In this document: positions 8,544 to 17,598 of the stretch, piece by piece
Layout of the letters: each line of letters opens with the position of its first letter
Numbering within the stretch: the stretch's first letter is position 1
From: a virus
Lineage: Duplodnaviria > Heunggongvirae > Uroviricota > Caudoviricetes
Virus record (IMG/VR): IMGVR_UViG_3300037483_001818
DNA: 35,991 nt
Direction: 5' to 3' (one strand)
The notes under the pieces: generated by a model
The model's database searches: none
The model's input: the letters and a program-made list of their open reading frames with translations, nothing else
What the model was told of the DNA's origin: nothing
Made by a program: the position numbers and the translations under genes

Positions 8544-10447
8544 AGATCCGCATTTCACCCGACCTCGTGCTTGGCGCGGACTTCGTCACGTCGACATCGG
8601 CGATTCTCGCGAAGAAGCGCGTTGGCAAGACCTACCTCGCGCAGAAGATTGCCGAGGGCCTCCTCGCAGCGAACCAGCAAGTGGTCGTGATTGACCTGAC
8701 CTCGGCCTGGTGGGGCTTGCGTTCCAGCGCAGACGGCAAGTCAGCTGGCTATCCGATCACGATCTTTGGTGGCAGGCATGGCGATGTGCCGTTGGAGGCG
8801 ACGGCTGGCGAGATGCTCGCGGAGGCGATCGTCAAAGATCGCTTTTCTGCGGTGCTCGATGTCCGGCTCTTGAAGAAGAGCCAGCGCATCCGCTTCATCG
8901 CCGACTTCCTGGAAGCGCTCTACGACAAGAACACCAAGGCCATGCATCTGTTCATGGACGAAGCGGACGCTTACATCCCGCAGCGCTCGTTCTCTCCAGA
9001 GGAGGCCCGTGCGTTGGGCGCGGCCGACGAGCTCGTACGGCGTGGCGGCATCGGCGGCATTGGTGTGACGATGATCAGCCAACGCGCGCAGGTCTTGAAC
9101 AAGAACGTGCTCTCGCAGGTCGATACGCTATCGATTCTTCGCATGAACCATCCGAAGGACATCGACGCGGTCGAGGATTGGATGAAAAATCATGCGGACG
9201 GGCCACTGATCAAGGAGATCCTGTCCTCGCTGTCATCACTGCCGCGCGGTGATGCATGGCATCTCGATCCCGAGCACAAGGCGTTCAAGCGAATCTCCGT
9301 ATCGGCCAAGAGCACGTTCGACAGCGGCCGAACGCCGAAGGTCGGTGAGCGGATCAAGCCCCCGAAGGTGCTCGCGAAGGTCGACCTCGAGCGCTTGGGT
9401 GAGAGTATCCGCGAAACTGTCCAGCGCGCGCAGGACAACGATCCCAAGGTTCTCCGCGCGAAGATCGCCGATCTGATCAAGGAACGCGATCAGCTCTCTC
9501 GCACCGTGAACGCCGCACCGACGGTGAAGGTAGCTGCAAAGACCGTCGAGAAGACCAAAATCGTCGAGAAACCCGTCCTCAAGGACGGCCAGCTCGCTCG
9601 TACCGAGAAGCTGATCGAACGTGTCGAGGGAATTCTCACCGGGACGACCAAGCGCGTCGAGAAGACCGTCGAGGATGTACGTGAGACGTTCGGTGAAGCG
9701 CTTGCGCGCGCGGAGCGTTCGCTGGACGAGTTGCGCGGTGTGGTCAAGCTCGTCAAGGCAGCCGCTTTGGTGCCTACCTCGGCGCCTATCGAGAAGTCGT
9801 GGTCGAAGGGCGATCCGCTGCACCACGCGTACACCTCGCATCCGCCGACGAAGGCGACGAAGGCGACGAAGGCCGCGAAGACGTCGAAGTCTTCCGCCGC
9901 GGCGAAGAATGGTACCGCGAGCACTGTTCTGAACGGTCAGGCGATCGAGCCGCCTGAGGGTCTCCAGCCTGTGCATTTGCGTCTCCTCTCTTCGATCGCA
10001 TGGTGGGAGAGCATGGGCGTGCAGACGCCGGATCTTGAGGGCGTTGCATTCATTGCCAAGACGTCGTCGAAGTCGTCCGCGTTCGGCAACAATCGCTCGC
10101 GCCTGCGCGCTGGGGGATATATCGATTATCCGAGGACCGGCTGCATGGCGTTGACTGAAGCAGGTCGTGCTGTTGCTCCTCCACCCGAGCTGCCTCGGAC
10201 CAACGAGGCCCTGCACGAAGCGATTCTCCAGAAGATTTCGCCGGTGCTGGGTCGGATGTTGCGTGTTCTGATCGAGGCGTATCCACGCGATCTGCCGCTT
10301 GACGAGCTTGCTACACGCGCGGGCACGAGCCCCACGTCGAGCGCGTTCGGCAACAACCGTTCATGGTTGCGTGCACGTGGTCTAGCCACGTATCCGCGCA
10401 CGGGCTTCGCTCGCGCGACGGAGCTGCTGTTCCCGGAGGGATCGTGA
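8540..10447 (+). CDS. HerA/FtsK-like (DUF87-type) ATPase with coiled coil and two C-terminal winged-helix repeats
   Basis: Walker A AKKRVGKT, Walker B LFMDEAD, GIGVTMISQR..LNKNVLSQ; repeated SSAFGNNRS.LRA.G...YPRTG; GGAGG RBS and GTGA coupling. Confidence 0.88.
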   Translation: MKIRISPDLVLGADFVTSTSAILAKKRVGKTYLAQKIAEGLLAANQQVVVIDLTSAWWGLRSSADGKSAGYPITIFGGRHGDVPLEATAGEMLAEAIVKDRFSAVLDVRLLKKSQRIRFIADFLEALYDKNTKAMHLFMDEADAYIPQRSFSPEEARALGAADELVRRGGIGGIGVTMISQRAQVLNKNVLSQVDTLSILRMNHPKDIDAVEDWMKNHADGPLIKEILSSLSSLPRGDAWHLDPEHKAFKRISVSAKSTFDSGRTPKVGERIKPPKVLAKVDLERLGESIRETVQRAQDNDPKVLRAKIADLIKERDQLSRTVNAAPTVKVAAKTVEKTKIVEKPVLKDGQLARTEKLIERVEGILTGTTKRVEKTVEDVRETFGEALARAERSLDELRGVVKLVKAAALVPTSAPIEKSWSKGDPLHHAYTSHPPTKATKATKAAKTSKSSAAAKNGTASTVLNGQAIEPPEGLQPVHLRLLSSIAWWESMGVQTPDLEGVAFIAKTSSKSSAFGNNRSRLRAGGYIDYPRTGCMALTEAGRAVAPPPELPRTNEALHEAILQKISPVLGRMLRVLIEAYPRDLPLDELATRAGTSPTSSAFGNNRSWLRARGLATYPRTGFARATELLFPEGS

Positions 10448-10794
10448 GCGGAGATCTCACGTGTCCGACCTGCTCGTCAAACGAGCGTGGTCATCGAGAG
10501 CGTCTGCGCGACGGGGACGCGCCGTGGACCTGCTTATGCTTGGATGCGTGGCATGACGTCGATGCAGGTATTCAGAACAAAACCGGAGCTGTGCGCGCGC
10601 GTTCGCAACGCGATCAGCAGCTTGCTGTGTTCGAGACAATCGGGTGTGCGCTGGCGACGCTGCGTCGGCTCGACTCCGTGTGGTACGACGAGGACCTTCG
10701 TACGACGATCACGGCGGTGCGATCGAGCTTGTCAGTCGCGCAGTCCAAGGTCAAAGAGAGGATCGAAACGATCGTGGAAAGGACACCAGCATGA
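10444..10794 (+). CDS. Hypothetical protein with N-terminal Cys motif (CPTC...CLCLDAWH)
   Basis: GTG 10444 overlaps the HerA-like stop; ATGA overlap with next gene. Confidence 0.65.
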   Translation: MSGDLTCPTCSSNERGHRERLRDGDAPWTCLCLDAWHDVDAGIQNKTGAVRARSQRDQQLAVFETIGCALATLRRLDSVWYDEDLRTTITAVRSSLSVAQSKVKERIETIVERTPA

Positions 10795-11033
10795 AGATCT
10801 ATTCCATCGAGGTCGAGACTGACCTCGGCCGTCGCGTCTATTCCATCGAGGTCGAGACTGACCTCGGCCGTCGCGTCGTGAAGCTTGCAGCGCCGCTGGA
10901 CATGCCGCTGGACATCGAACCGCAGGGTGACATGGCGCCGGCCTTCCGCTCGCTCACCGAGCTGCTGTGGGGCGTACTCTGCGAGGTCGCGAGCCAGGGA
11001 GCAGCGCTCTCTCCATCGCGGGCGGAGGCGTAG
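10791..11033 (+). CDS. Hypothetical protein containing an internal 13-aa duplication
   Basis: ATG 10791 coupled to upstream TGA; YSIEVETDLGRRV twice. Confidence 0.65.
   Translation: MKIYSIEVETDLGRRVYSIEVETDLGRRVVKLAAPLDMPLDIEPQGDMAPAFRSLTELLWGVLCEVASQGAALSPSRAEA
10798..10877 (+). repeat. Perfect 39-bp tandem duplication; a 12-bp duplication GCCGCTGGACAT x2 follows at 10892-10915
   Basis: TCTATTCCATCGAGGTCGAGACTGACCTCGGCCGTCGCG read twice. Confidence 0.95.
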
Positions 11034-11552
11034 ATGACGCAGCCAGGTTATCAGGCCGGAAGCGAGCCAATGTGGTGGTGGAAGGTGGCGTTGCACCTCG
11101 ACGAGGCACAGCTCGCGCTCTCCAACGCGATGGCGCACAACCTCGATGATCAGCGGCCCGTGTTTGCTCTCCAGGACAGGCTCCGTGAAGGCCAGGCGAT
11201 CTTGCTCGAGATCTTCCGCATGAAGGGTCTCTTGCCCGTTGCGCCAGTGCCGATGCCCGGGATGCCGATGCCGGGAATGCCGATGCCGGGAATGCCGATG
11301 CCTGGAGTTCCGGCACCCGTCAGTGCAGACGTCGCCGTCGATGTCGCCGTCGAGGTTCCGGTCGAGCAAGGGCAGCCGATGGCGGCTGATGAAGCGGTCG
11401 CTCCCAAGGCGGATCAGACTGCCGTCGTATCCGAGCCGGCGGAGCCGGTTGTGCTTGCACCCGAGGCCGCGGCTACTGGTCCGGTGGTGTTGTCGGCGCC
11501 GCTCACGACACCGTCGGCGAATTCAGGTGCTGGAGGCGTCGCAGGTCGATGA
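11034..11552 (+). CDS. Hypothetical protein with Pro/Ala-rich low-complexity C-terminus
   Basis: 172 aa; GGAGG RBS; (PMPGM)n repeat. Confidence 0.65.
   Translation: MTQPGYQAGSEPMWWWKVALHLDEAQLALSNAMAHNLDDQRPVFALQDRLREGQAILLEIFRMKGLLPVAPVPMPGMPMPGMPMPGMPMPGVPAPVSADVAVDVAVEVPVEQGQPMAADEAVAPKADQTAVVSEPAEPVVLAPEAAATGPVVLSAPLTTPSANSGAGGVAGR
11248..11307 (+). repeat. Four copies of a 15-bp repeat (TGCCGATGCC[C/G/T]GG..)
   Basis: Read directly; encodes PMPGM repeats. Confidence 0.9.
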
Positions 11553-11950
11553 AGCTCTCGCCGGACGAGTTCGAGGATACGGTTGACGTTGCGCGCGAAT
11601 ACCTTCAGGGAAGCTCTGCGAATGTGGTGCATGGCCACTGGGACGCCGAGCTTCTCGCGAAAGACTTCGCCGAGGTCCTCGTCAAGCTGGCCGACGTCTG
11701 CGTCGTGGGGGTGCCGTGCGAGCGGCATGGCGGCGCGGTGCACGGGCAGGAGGCCGAGGAGCTGCGTGCGGGCGTCGAGCAGATCCTCAAGAACACTTCC
11801 GACGTCGACGAGGACGAGTCGCCCGACGTACTTCGTTCCCTCCGCAAGGCGCTCATCTTCTTGCTCGATCGTATCGACGCCCGCGACAGCCTCGCGTTTC
11901 GCGAGGTCACGGATTCTTCTGGTGTGGATGGCACAGCGCCGCCCACGTGA
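11549..11950 (+). CDS. Hypothetical protein
   Basis: 133 aa, ATGA coupling, GGAGG/GCAGGT upstream. Confidence 0.7.
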   Translation: MKLSPDEFEDTVDVAREYLQGSSANVVHGHWDAELLAKDFAEVLVKLADVCVVGVPCERHGGAVHGQEAEELRAGVEQILKNTSDVDEDESPDVLRSLRKALIFLLDRIDARDSLAFREVTDSSGVDGTAPPT

Positions 11951-11957
11951 TCTTTCT

Positions 11958-11988
11958 ACGCCGCGACGGCATGTTTTCGTCGCGGTGT
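11958..11988 (+). other. Intergenic stem-loop (about 11 bp including one G-U pair)
   Basis: ACGCCGCGACG-loop-CGTCGCGGTGT; no U tract, so not called a terminator. Confidence 0.35.
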
Positions 11989-12014
11989 TCAACCAACAAC
12001 CGGAGACAAGGACC

Positions 12015-12185
12015 ATGACGACGACTACGAACACCGATTCTTCCACGACCAACGGCAACGGCAAGCGCGAGGCCAAGACACCGAACGCGATCGAGGCGCT
12101 CGCCAAGATCAAGAAGATCCTCGATCAGCTGACGCCGGCGGATCAGAAGCGCGTGCTGGCCTTCGTTAACGAGGGCGCCGAGTAA
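12015..12185 (+). CDS. Small helical protein (56 aa)
   Basis: ATG 12015 after GGAGACAAGGA; C-terminal amphipathic helices AIEALAKIKKILDQLTPADQKRVLAFV. Confidence 0.7.
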   Translation: MTTTTNTDSSTTNGNGKREAKTPNAIEALAKIKKILDQLTPADQKRVLAFVNEGAE

Positions 12186-12210
12186 CGTCGGTCTACGTCG
12201 AGTCGAACGC

Positions 12211-13461
12211 GTGCGCGCAATCTTCCTTGACATCGACGGGGTGCTGAACAGCGAGGCGTTTCTGCGTCGGCTCGAAGCGCGGCATCGCGCGCTCGGGCAC
12301 GAGGGACCGCCCCGTCCCAAGCGCGCGACGACGTGCGACTGCTTCAAGGTTCATCACCAGATCGATCGGGACGCAGTAGCGCGCCTCAATCGTCTCGTCG
12401 CGGCGACCGAAGCGAAGCTTGTGATTTCTAGCTCGTGGCGCAAGACGTTCGACGCGCCCGAGCTGGAGCGGATCCTCGTCGAGCATGGACTCGTCGCCGA
12501 GATCATCGGCTCAACACCTGAAGGGCACGACGAGCCCGAGATGTTGGAGGTGTTTGGTCCCCTCGATCGGATCTTTCGTGGCCACGAGATCGACTTCTGG
12601 CTGCGCAAGCATCCCGAGATCGATCAGTTCGTGATCCTCGATGATGGATCCGACATGGCGATGCACATGAACCGGTTGGTGCAGACCGACTGCGAAGAGG
12701 GGCTGCTCGACGAGCACGTCGAGCTGGCCATCCAGGTGCTAGCGTGGGACGGCAAGAGCGCGCCCTCTCCGATCGCCGTGTTCGAGGATCAGGATGACGA
12801 CGAGGACGAGCCGTCCAATGCAATCGTGAGCACGCGGTCAGCCGCGAACGAGGATGCACGTCGTGACTTCGACGGCTTCGACGTCGACGAGGAGCTGCGC
12901 CGTCTTCGGCGCGCGTTGCGGGACAGGCAGTGGCGCACCGCGGCCGAGCTCGCGGCGAACCTCGACGAGCATCTTTGTCGCGGAGGATCGCTACCCGTGG
13001 CGTGGCTCGGTCCGGCGTGCATGCAGGAGACGGGCGATCTCCACGCCCGCCTTCGGTCCTCGATCGAGGCCGCAGCGAAGATGTCGTCGCAAGAGCGGCA
13101 GGATACGCGCACCGGTTACGTCGCGGTGGCACCACCTGCTGCTTCTCCGCCATCGTCGTCCTGGGGTCTGCACTGCTACGAGCAGGGATGCGTGGAGATG
13201 CTCACGCTTACGTGGACGACGTCGGTACCGATCACGGATGAAGAGGCGTACGAGCGCCTCTGTCCGGCGCATAGCACGGCAGCTGTGGCGCTTGGTTGGC
13301 GCGTCTGGCATTGGGTCTGGTGGTGCCCCACGCACACCGTCGCCAAGCGTCTCTCGTGTGCGAGCTGCCTGTCGCCATGTCCCGCGTGTTCTTGCGTGGG
13401 TGGTCCGGGAATCGAGGCGATCGACGAGGCGATCATCGACGTGCCGGAGCCGCAGTCATGA
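12211..13461 (+). CDS. HAD phosphatase of the Swiss-Army-Knife RNA-repair-like type, fused to extra helical and Cys-rich modules
   Basis: IFLDIDGVLN (DxD motif I), VISSSWR (motif II), RGHEIDFWL, FVILDD (motif IV), LVQTD..EGL within the first about 190 aa. Confidence 0.88.
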   Translation: MRAIFLDIDGVLNSEAFLRRLEARHRALGHEGPPRPKRATTCDCFKVHHQIDRDAVARLNRLVAATEAKLVISSSWRKTFDAPELERILVEHGLVAEIIGSTPEGHDEPEMLEVFGPLDRIFRGHEIDFWLRKHPEIDQFVILDDGSDMAMHMNRLVQTDCEEGLLDEHVELAIQVLAWDGKSAPSPIAVFEDQDDDEDEPSNAIVSTRSAANEDARRDFDGFDVDEELRRLRRALRDRQWRTAAELAANLDEHLCRGGSLPVAWLGPACMQETGDLHARLRSSIEAAAKMSSQERQDTRTGYVAVAPPAASPPSSSWGLHCYEQGCVEMLTLTWTTSVPITDEEAYERLCPAHSTAAVALGWRVWHWVWWCPTHTVAKRLSCASCLSPCPACSCVGGPGIEAIDEAIIDVPEPQS

Positions 13462-14054
13462 TGGACTTCGGCTGGAAGAAAAAAGCAGAGCTGTTACGGA
13501 GGGTGGTCTTGGCCGGCGGTCATCAGATCGCCAAGGAGCTATCCCCCGGCATCGTGGCGATCCTCGACCTGTTCAAGCGCACGGCAACGACCGGGGACGG
13601 GAGCAACCTCAAGGAGGAGTTCGATCGCATCTGCGTCGTGCACGCTGGCGAGTCGCAGCCGTTGTGGGAACCCGTCGACATTTATGGCTGGAAGATCCAG
13701 GCCACGATGTATCTCCAACATGGTCAGCATTGGTGGCTCGTGAACGCTGCGCGGCGCAACGAGAAGGAGCCGAGTGAAAAGGACATGGCCTTCCTCGACA
13801 AGGTCCTTGAGCACCTTGGCGCCGATCCGAAACGCGACACGATCATCGGCCCGCGCAGCAGTCCCTCCGGTGAACCCCGCCTGATCTTCGGCTGGTGGAC
13901 CTGGTTCAACCGTTGGCCGCTCTACGAGATCCAGACGAACAAGGCGAAACGCGGCAAGGCCAGGATGCGTTTCGTCCCGCACGGAACACCTGCGTCCGAT
14001 GGCTATCAAGCCGTCGATCTAGTCAACGACGTCGACGTCAAGGACAAGCCGTGA
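13458..14054 (+). CDS. Hypothetical protein
   Basis: ATG 13458 overlaps upstream TGA; GGAG RBS. Confidence 0.7.
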   Translation: MMDFGWKKKAELLRRVVLAGGHQIAKELSPGIVAILDLFKRTATTGDGSNLKEEFDRICVVHAGESQPLWEPVDIYGWKIQATMYLQHGQHWWLVNAARRNEKEPSEKDMAFLDKVLEHLGADPKRDTIIGPRSSPSGEPRLIFGWWTWFNRWPLYEIQTNKAKRGKARMRFVPHGTPASDGYQAVDLVNDVDVKDKP

Positions 14055-14152
14055 GCGCGTACAAGCGCGACGATGTGTGCGGCTGTATTCCGAGCATGCA
14101 CGTGCTGCTCACGGCCTACTTCGAGAAGCACGGCGGGAGACTCGTTCCGTGA
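14051..14152 (+). CDS. Possible 33-aa mini-protein
   Basis: GTGA-coupled at both ends; no other support. Confidence 0.35.
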   Translation: MSAYKRDDVCGCIPSMHVLLTAYFEKHGGRLVP

Positions 14153-14388
14153 CTGATCCTGCTGACCAGGCTGACCAGGCGAGTGATCAGGGCCGGTTCG
14201 CCGCACGCGCATTCATCGCGCGCTACGTACGCGAGACGGGTCAACAACCGCCCGCGGCGTTCGCCTACGAGATGGGTTATCTGCGTGGTCGAAGCGACGC
14301 CGCGCTGGAGACCATGAAGATGTTCGACGAAAGTTCACCCGCACGTGAGGAAGCGAGGAAGGAAAGCGATGACGACGACACCGAGTAA
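14149..14388 (+). CDS. Hypothetical protein
   Basis: GTG 14149 coupled, GGGAGA RBS; AYEMGYLRGRSD motif. Confidence 0.6.
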   Translation: MTDPADQADQASDQGRFAARAFIARYVRETGQQPPAAFAYEMGYLRGRSDAALETMKMFDESSPAREEARKESDDDDTE

Positions 14389-14692
14389 TCCTAACCAGGC
14401 TCCGGGCCTGACTCCAGACAGTCTGGTGAACCAGTTGTTCGACGTCGCTCTCATGCAGAGCACGACGAAAAACCCCCACGAGATCGCTCAGCAGGTGATC
14501 GACTTCTTGGGCGCTGCGCTGGTCTATGCGCTGACATCATCAAAACGCGATGTGGTCGTGTTCTTGACCGAGACGCTCATCTACGTGGTCTCGGCATCGT
14601 CCGTCGATGAGAACGCACGCAAGGAGATGCTCAAGCAGGTTGGGGAGACGATCCTTTCGGCGGGGAGCAAGCCCATGGCTGGCAAGCCCTGA
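14369..14692 (+). CDS. Hypothetical helical protein
   Basis: ATG 14369 after AAGGAAAG; 107 aa. Confidence 0.7.
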   Translation: MTTTPSNPNQAPGLTPDSLVNQLFDVALMQSTTKNPHEIAQQVIDFLGAALVYALTSSKRDVVVFLTETLIYVVSASSVDENARKEMLKQVGETILSAGSKPMAGKP

Positions 14693-14700
14693 GGTCCGCG

Positions 14701-14961
14701 ATGAAGAGTAAAAAGGATCGACCTGAGCCTGCTCGGCCACTCTGCATGTGTGGATCTCCGGGTGCGTTCCAGATTCAGATCGACGTCCAGGAGCTTGTGC
14801 TCGATCGTGAAGCGGGCATTGCGGCACGTCCGTATTGGACCGCGAAGTATCGGACCGGCACGAGGATCGAGGCGATCATGTGCCAGCAGTGCGTGCGGTC
14901 GAACGTGCAGCTTCAGGTCGTCGCGACGGCGAAGGTCGAGAAGGCGCGCGAGGTGCCGTGA
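14701..14961 (+). CDS. Small Zn-finger protein (CMC...CQQC)
   Basis: GAGGT RBS; Cys pairs. Confidence 0.65.
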   Translation: MKSKKDRPEPARPLCMCGSPGAFQIQIDVQELVLDREAGIAARPYWTAKYRTGTRIEAIMCQQCVRSNVQLQVVATAKVEKAREVP

Positions 14962-15242
14962 CGCTCGCGGCTCTAATCCTCTTGGACGTCGTCCTCATCG
15001 CGCTGCTTGATGTTGTACGCGTCCGACCGATCGCTCATTGGCTCCGACGACGGCTCGGCGAACAGCGTCTTGGGCGCCTGCCGAGCGTGAGCGTACCGAC
15101 GGCCGAGGGGCTCCGGCAAGATCAATTCCGCCAGCTTGGCGAAGCAGGCACGTACGACCAGCTCACCGCGCCCGTAGTCGACGTGCAGGATCGTGCCGCA
15201 GTTGTGGACGCGGTCGCACGCGAAGGGCGAGGTCGCGGATGA
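14958..15242 (+). CDS. Small protein with N-terminal hydrophobic segment
   Basis: GTGA coupling; LAALILLDVVLIALLDVV. Confidence 0.55.
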   Translation: MTLAALILLDVVLIALLDVVRVRPIAHWLRRRLGEQRLGRLPSVSVPTAEGLRQDQFRQLGEAGTYDQLTAPVVDVQDRAAVVDAVAREGRGRG

Positions 15243-16915
15243 TCACGCCGGACAAAGAGCCTCCGCCACTGTTTCGGCACCAGCAGGAGCTGTTCGACGA
15301 GACGTGCGATCAGGTCGCGTGGGCCATCTTCTTCGAGCAGGGTTTGGGCAAGACCGCTCCGACGATCCGTACGATCGAGCACCTCTACCGTACGAACCGT
15401 ATCGACGCTGCGGTCATCGTGGCGCCCAATGGCGTGCACCGCAATTGGGTGAGCGACGAGCTGCCCAGGCATTCGGGGATGCCGTGGCGGGGTTTCGACT
15501 GGCACTCCGATCGCGCCAAGGGTCAGGACACGGCGCTCGAGAGACTGCTCGCTCCGACGCCGGGCAGGCGCACCGAGCTGGCGTACTTCGCGATCACCTA
15601 CGACGCGGTCTTGACGCCGCGTGGTCGTGCCGCGGTGCTCAAGTTCAAAGAACGTTTCCCGCGGTTCATGCTCGTGATCGACGAGGCGAGCAAGGTCAGA
15701 AATCCCGAGGCGTTGCGCACCAAGAAGGTCGCCGCTCTGCGCCAGTTCGCCTCGCACGTGCGCCTGCTCAACGGTACGCCGATCGGCAACTCAGCGCTCG
15801 ACGTCTACTCGCAGATGAAACTCCTCGACGATCGTTTTTGGATTCGTCATGGCATCGGATCGTTCGTGTCATTCAAAGCGCGCTTCGCGATCGTGCGTAG
15901 GATTCCGGTCGGAGGCGAGGATGATCGCGTCGGCCGTGTTCGGCAAAGCCACGAGCCGATCGTTCCGCACGATGCGACGGCTGAGGGCATTGCCGCGTAC
16001 GAGCAGCTCGATTTCGATCTCGACGAGATCCTGACTGCGGACGAGAAGCGCGCGGTGATGAGACCTGCGGCGACGACGTCGACGTCCGAACCCGTGAAGA
16101 AGACAGTTGGGCGCACGATCGAGGTCGTTGTCGGCTTCCGCGAGCTCGCCAAGCTTAAAGAGATGATCGCGCCGATCTCGACGCGCCTTACCAAAGAGGA
16201 CTCGGGCGTCGAACTGCCACCCAAGCTCTATAGCCGTCTCTTGTTCGATCTGCCTGTCGAACAGCGTCGTGCGTACGATCAGCTTCGCAAGGAGTACATG
16301 ATCGAGCTGGAGTCGGGCACGCTCATCACGGCACCGCTCGCCCTCGTGCGCGTACTGCGTCTCCAGCAGATCGCGTGTGGTTACCTCCCGAACCCTGACG
16401 ATCCCGAGAACCCCAAGCTCTTCTACAACGACGACGGTAAGAACGCGCGGCTCCAGCTCCTGCTTGAGCGGCTCGAAGACACGCCGCACCAGGCGATCAT
16501 CTGGGCGCGTTTCACGCACGACGTCGATTCGATCTGCCGAGCACTCGGGCCACCGAAGTGCACGCGTTACGACGGGTTGGTCAGCCAGAAGGAGCGCGAT
16601 GCGGGGATCGACGCGTTCAAGCAGGGTAAGAAGAAGTTTTGCGTCGCGAAGGGATCGTCGATGGGCATGGGCCATTCGCTGCCCATGGGAAAGTCCGTTT
16701 TCTACTATTCAAACACGTTCTCCTATATCGAGCGGCTTCAGAGCGAAGACCGATCACATCGCCTCGTGGGTGGCGGCATGTATCCGGTTTGCTACTACGA
16801 CTTTGTCGCGGCGCGGACGGTGGACGAGAAAATCTTGCGCTCGTTTCGCGAATGCCGAGACGTCGCGAATCAAGTTACGGGTGACAGCTACAGGGCTTGG
16901 TTAGAAGAAACGTGA
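15239..16915 (+). CDS. SNF2-family (SF2) helicase
   Basis: FEQGLGKT (I), IVAP (Ia), VIDEASKV (II), LLNGTP (III), IIWARF (IV), GMGHSL (V), QSEDRSHR (VI); start moved to ATG 15239 (ATGA coupling, GAGG RBS). Confidence 0.92.
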   Translation: MITPDKEPPPLFRHQQELFDETCDQVAWAIFFEQGLGKTAPTIRTIEHLYRTNRIDAAVIVAPNGVHRNWVSDELPRHSGMPWRGFDWHSDRAKGQDTALERLLAPTPGRRTELAYFAITYDAVLTPRGRAAVLKFKERFPRFMLVIDEASKVRNPEALRTKKVAALRQFASHVRLLNGTPIGNSALDVYSQMKLLDDRFWIRHGIGSFVSFKARFAIVRRIPVGGEDDRVGRVRQSHEPIVPHDATAEGIAAYEQLDFDLDEILTADEKRAVMRPAATTSTSEPVKKTVGRTIEVVVGFRELAKLKEMIAPISTRLTKEDSGVELPPKLYSRLLFDLPVEQRRAYDQLRKEYMIELESGTLITAPLALVRVLRLQQIACGYLPNPDDPENPKLFYNDDGKNARLQLLLERLEDTPHQAIIWARFTHDVDSICRALGPPKCTRYDGLVSQKERDAGIDAFKQGKKKFCVAKGSSMGMGHSLPMGKSVFYYSNTFSYIERLQSEDRSHRLVGGGMYPVCYYDFVAARTVDEKILRSFRECRDVANQVTGDSYRAWLEET

Positions 16916-16949
16916 AGTGTCACATCCATCTTGTAGCCTCGGAGACGTC

Positions 16950-17564
16950 ATGGCCAAGCGAAAGAAAAAACAGAAGAAGGCGAAGCAGCCGCGCGATGAC
17001 CACGGCGACACGAAGGTGATGCGGCTCGTTCACAAGATTCTGACCCAGACTATCTGGCCTGCGAACCTCCAGCTCGACGAGGCGGTCGAGGTCTTGACCA
17101 ACGTTGCCAAGGCGCTCGTCCTTTCGAACACGTCTGACGAGGATCTGGAGGATCGTTCTGAAATGATCGCGTGGATCGAGGAGAGCTTTGTCACGGGCCT
17201 TGCTGCGATCGATCCCTTCGCCGAGCCTGCCCACGCTTGGATCGTTCCGCCGCAGGGCTCGATCACAGAGCCTGTCGGCATCTTCTGGACAGGATCGTTC
17301 GATGATGCGGAGGAGGGCGTGCAGGTCATGCTCGGCGCCGACCTGGCGCTGCTCCAGGCTGAGATCGCTGCGAATCCGGCCGGCGTGATCGTGACCGAGG
17401 GCGTTGATGGAATCGCAGTCATCGATCCTGAATGGGATGGAGAGCCGACCATTACGTGCGCGAATCCGCAGTGTGGGGAGGTGCACGACGCGCACTTGAA
17501 GGTGGCGGAGAACCTCTTTCAACAAGCTGTCGATCGCCGTCGACAAGTGACGGCGGCGAACTGA
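16950..17564 (+). CDS. Hypothetical protein with C-terminal C/H cluster (CANPQC...H..H)
   Basis: ATG 16950 after GGAGA. Confidence 0.75.
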   Translation: MAKRKKKQKKAKQPRDDHGDTKVMRLVHKILTQTIWPANLQLDEAVEVLTNVAKALVLSNTSDEDLEDRSEMIAWIEESFVTGLAAIDPFAEPAHAWIVPPQGSITEPVGIFWTGSFDDAEEGVQVMLGADLALLQAEIAANPAGVIVTEGVDGIAVIDPEWDGEPTITCANPQCGEVHDAHLKVAENLFQQAVDRRRQVTAAN

Positions 17565-17598
17565 TCGCACAGTCAGACTCAATGGCTATGGTGGACAC

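Noticed and set aside
10798-10877. Possible CRISPR array
   Set aside because: Two adjacent copies without a spacer, in frame within a CDS; no cas genes.
15038-15238. N-terminal extension of the SNF2 ORF in the track
   Set aside because: Overlaps the 14958-15242 gene; ATG 15239 has an RBS and ATGA coupling.
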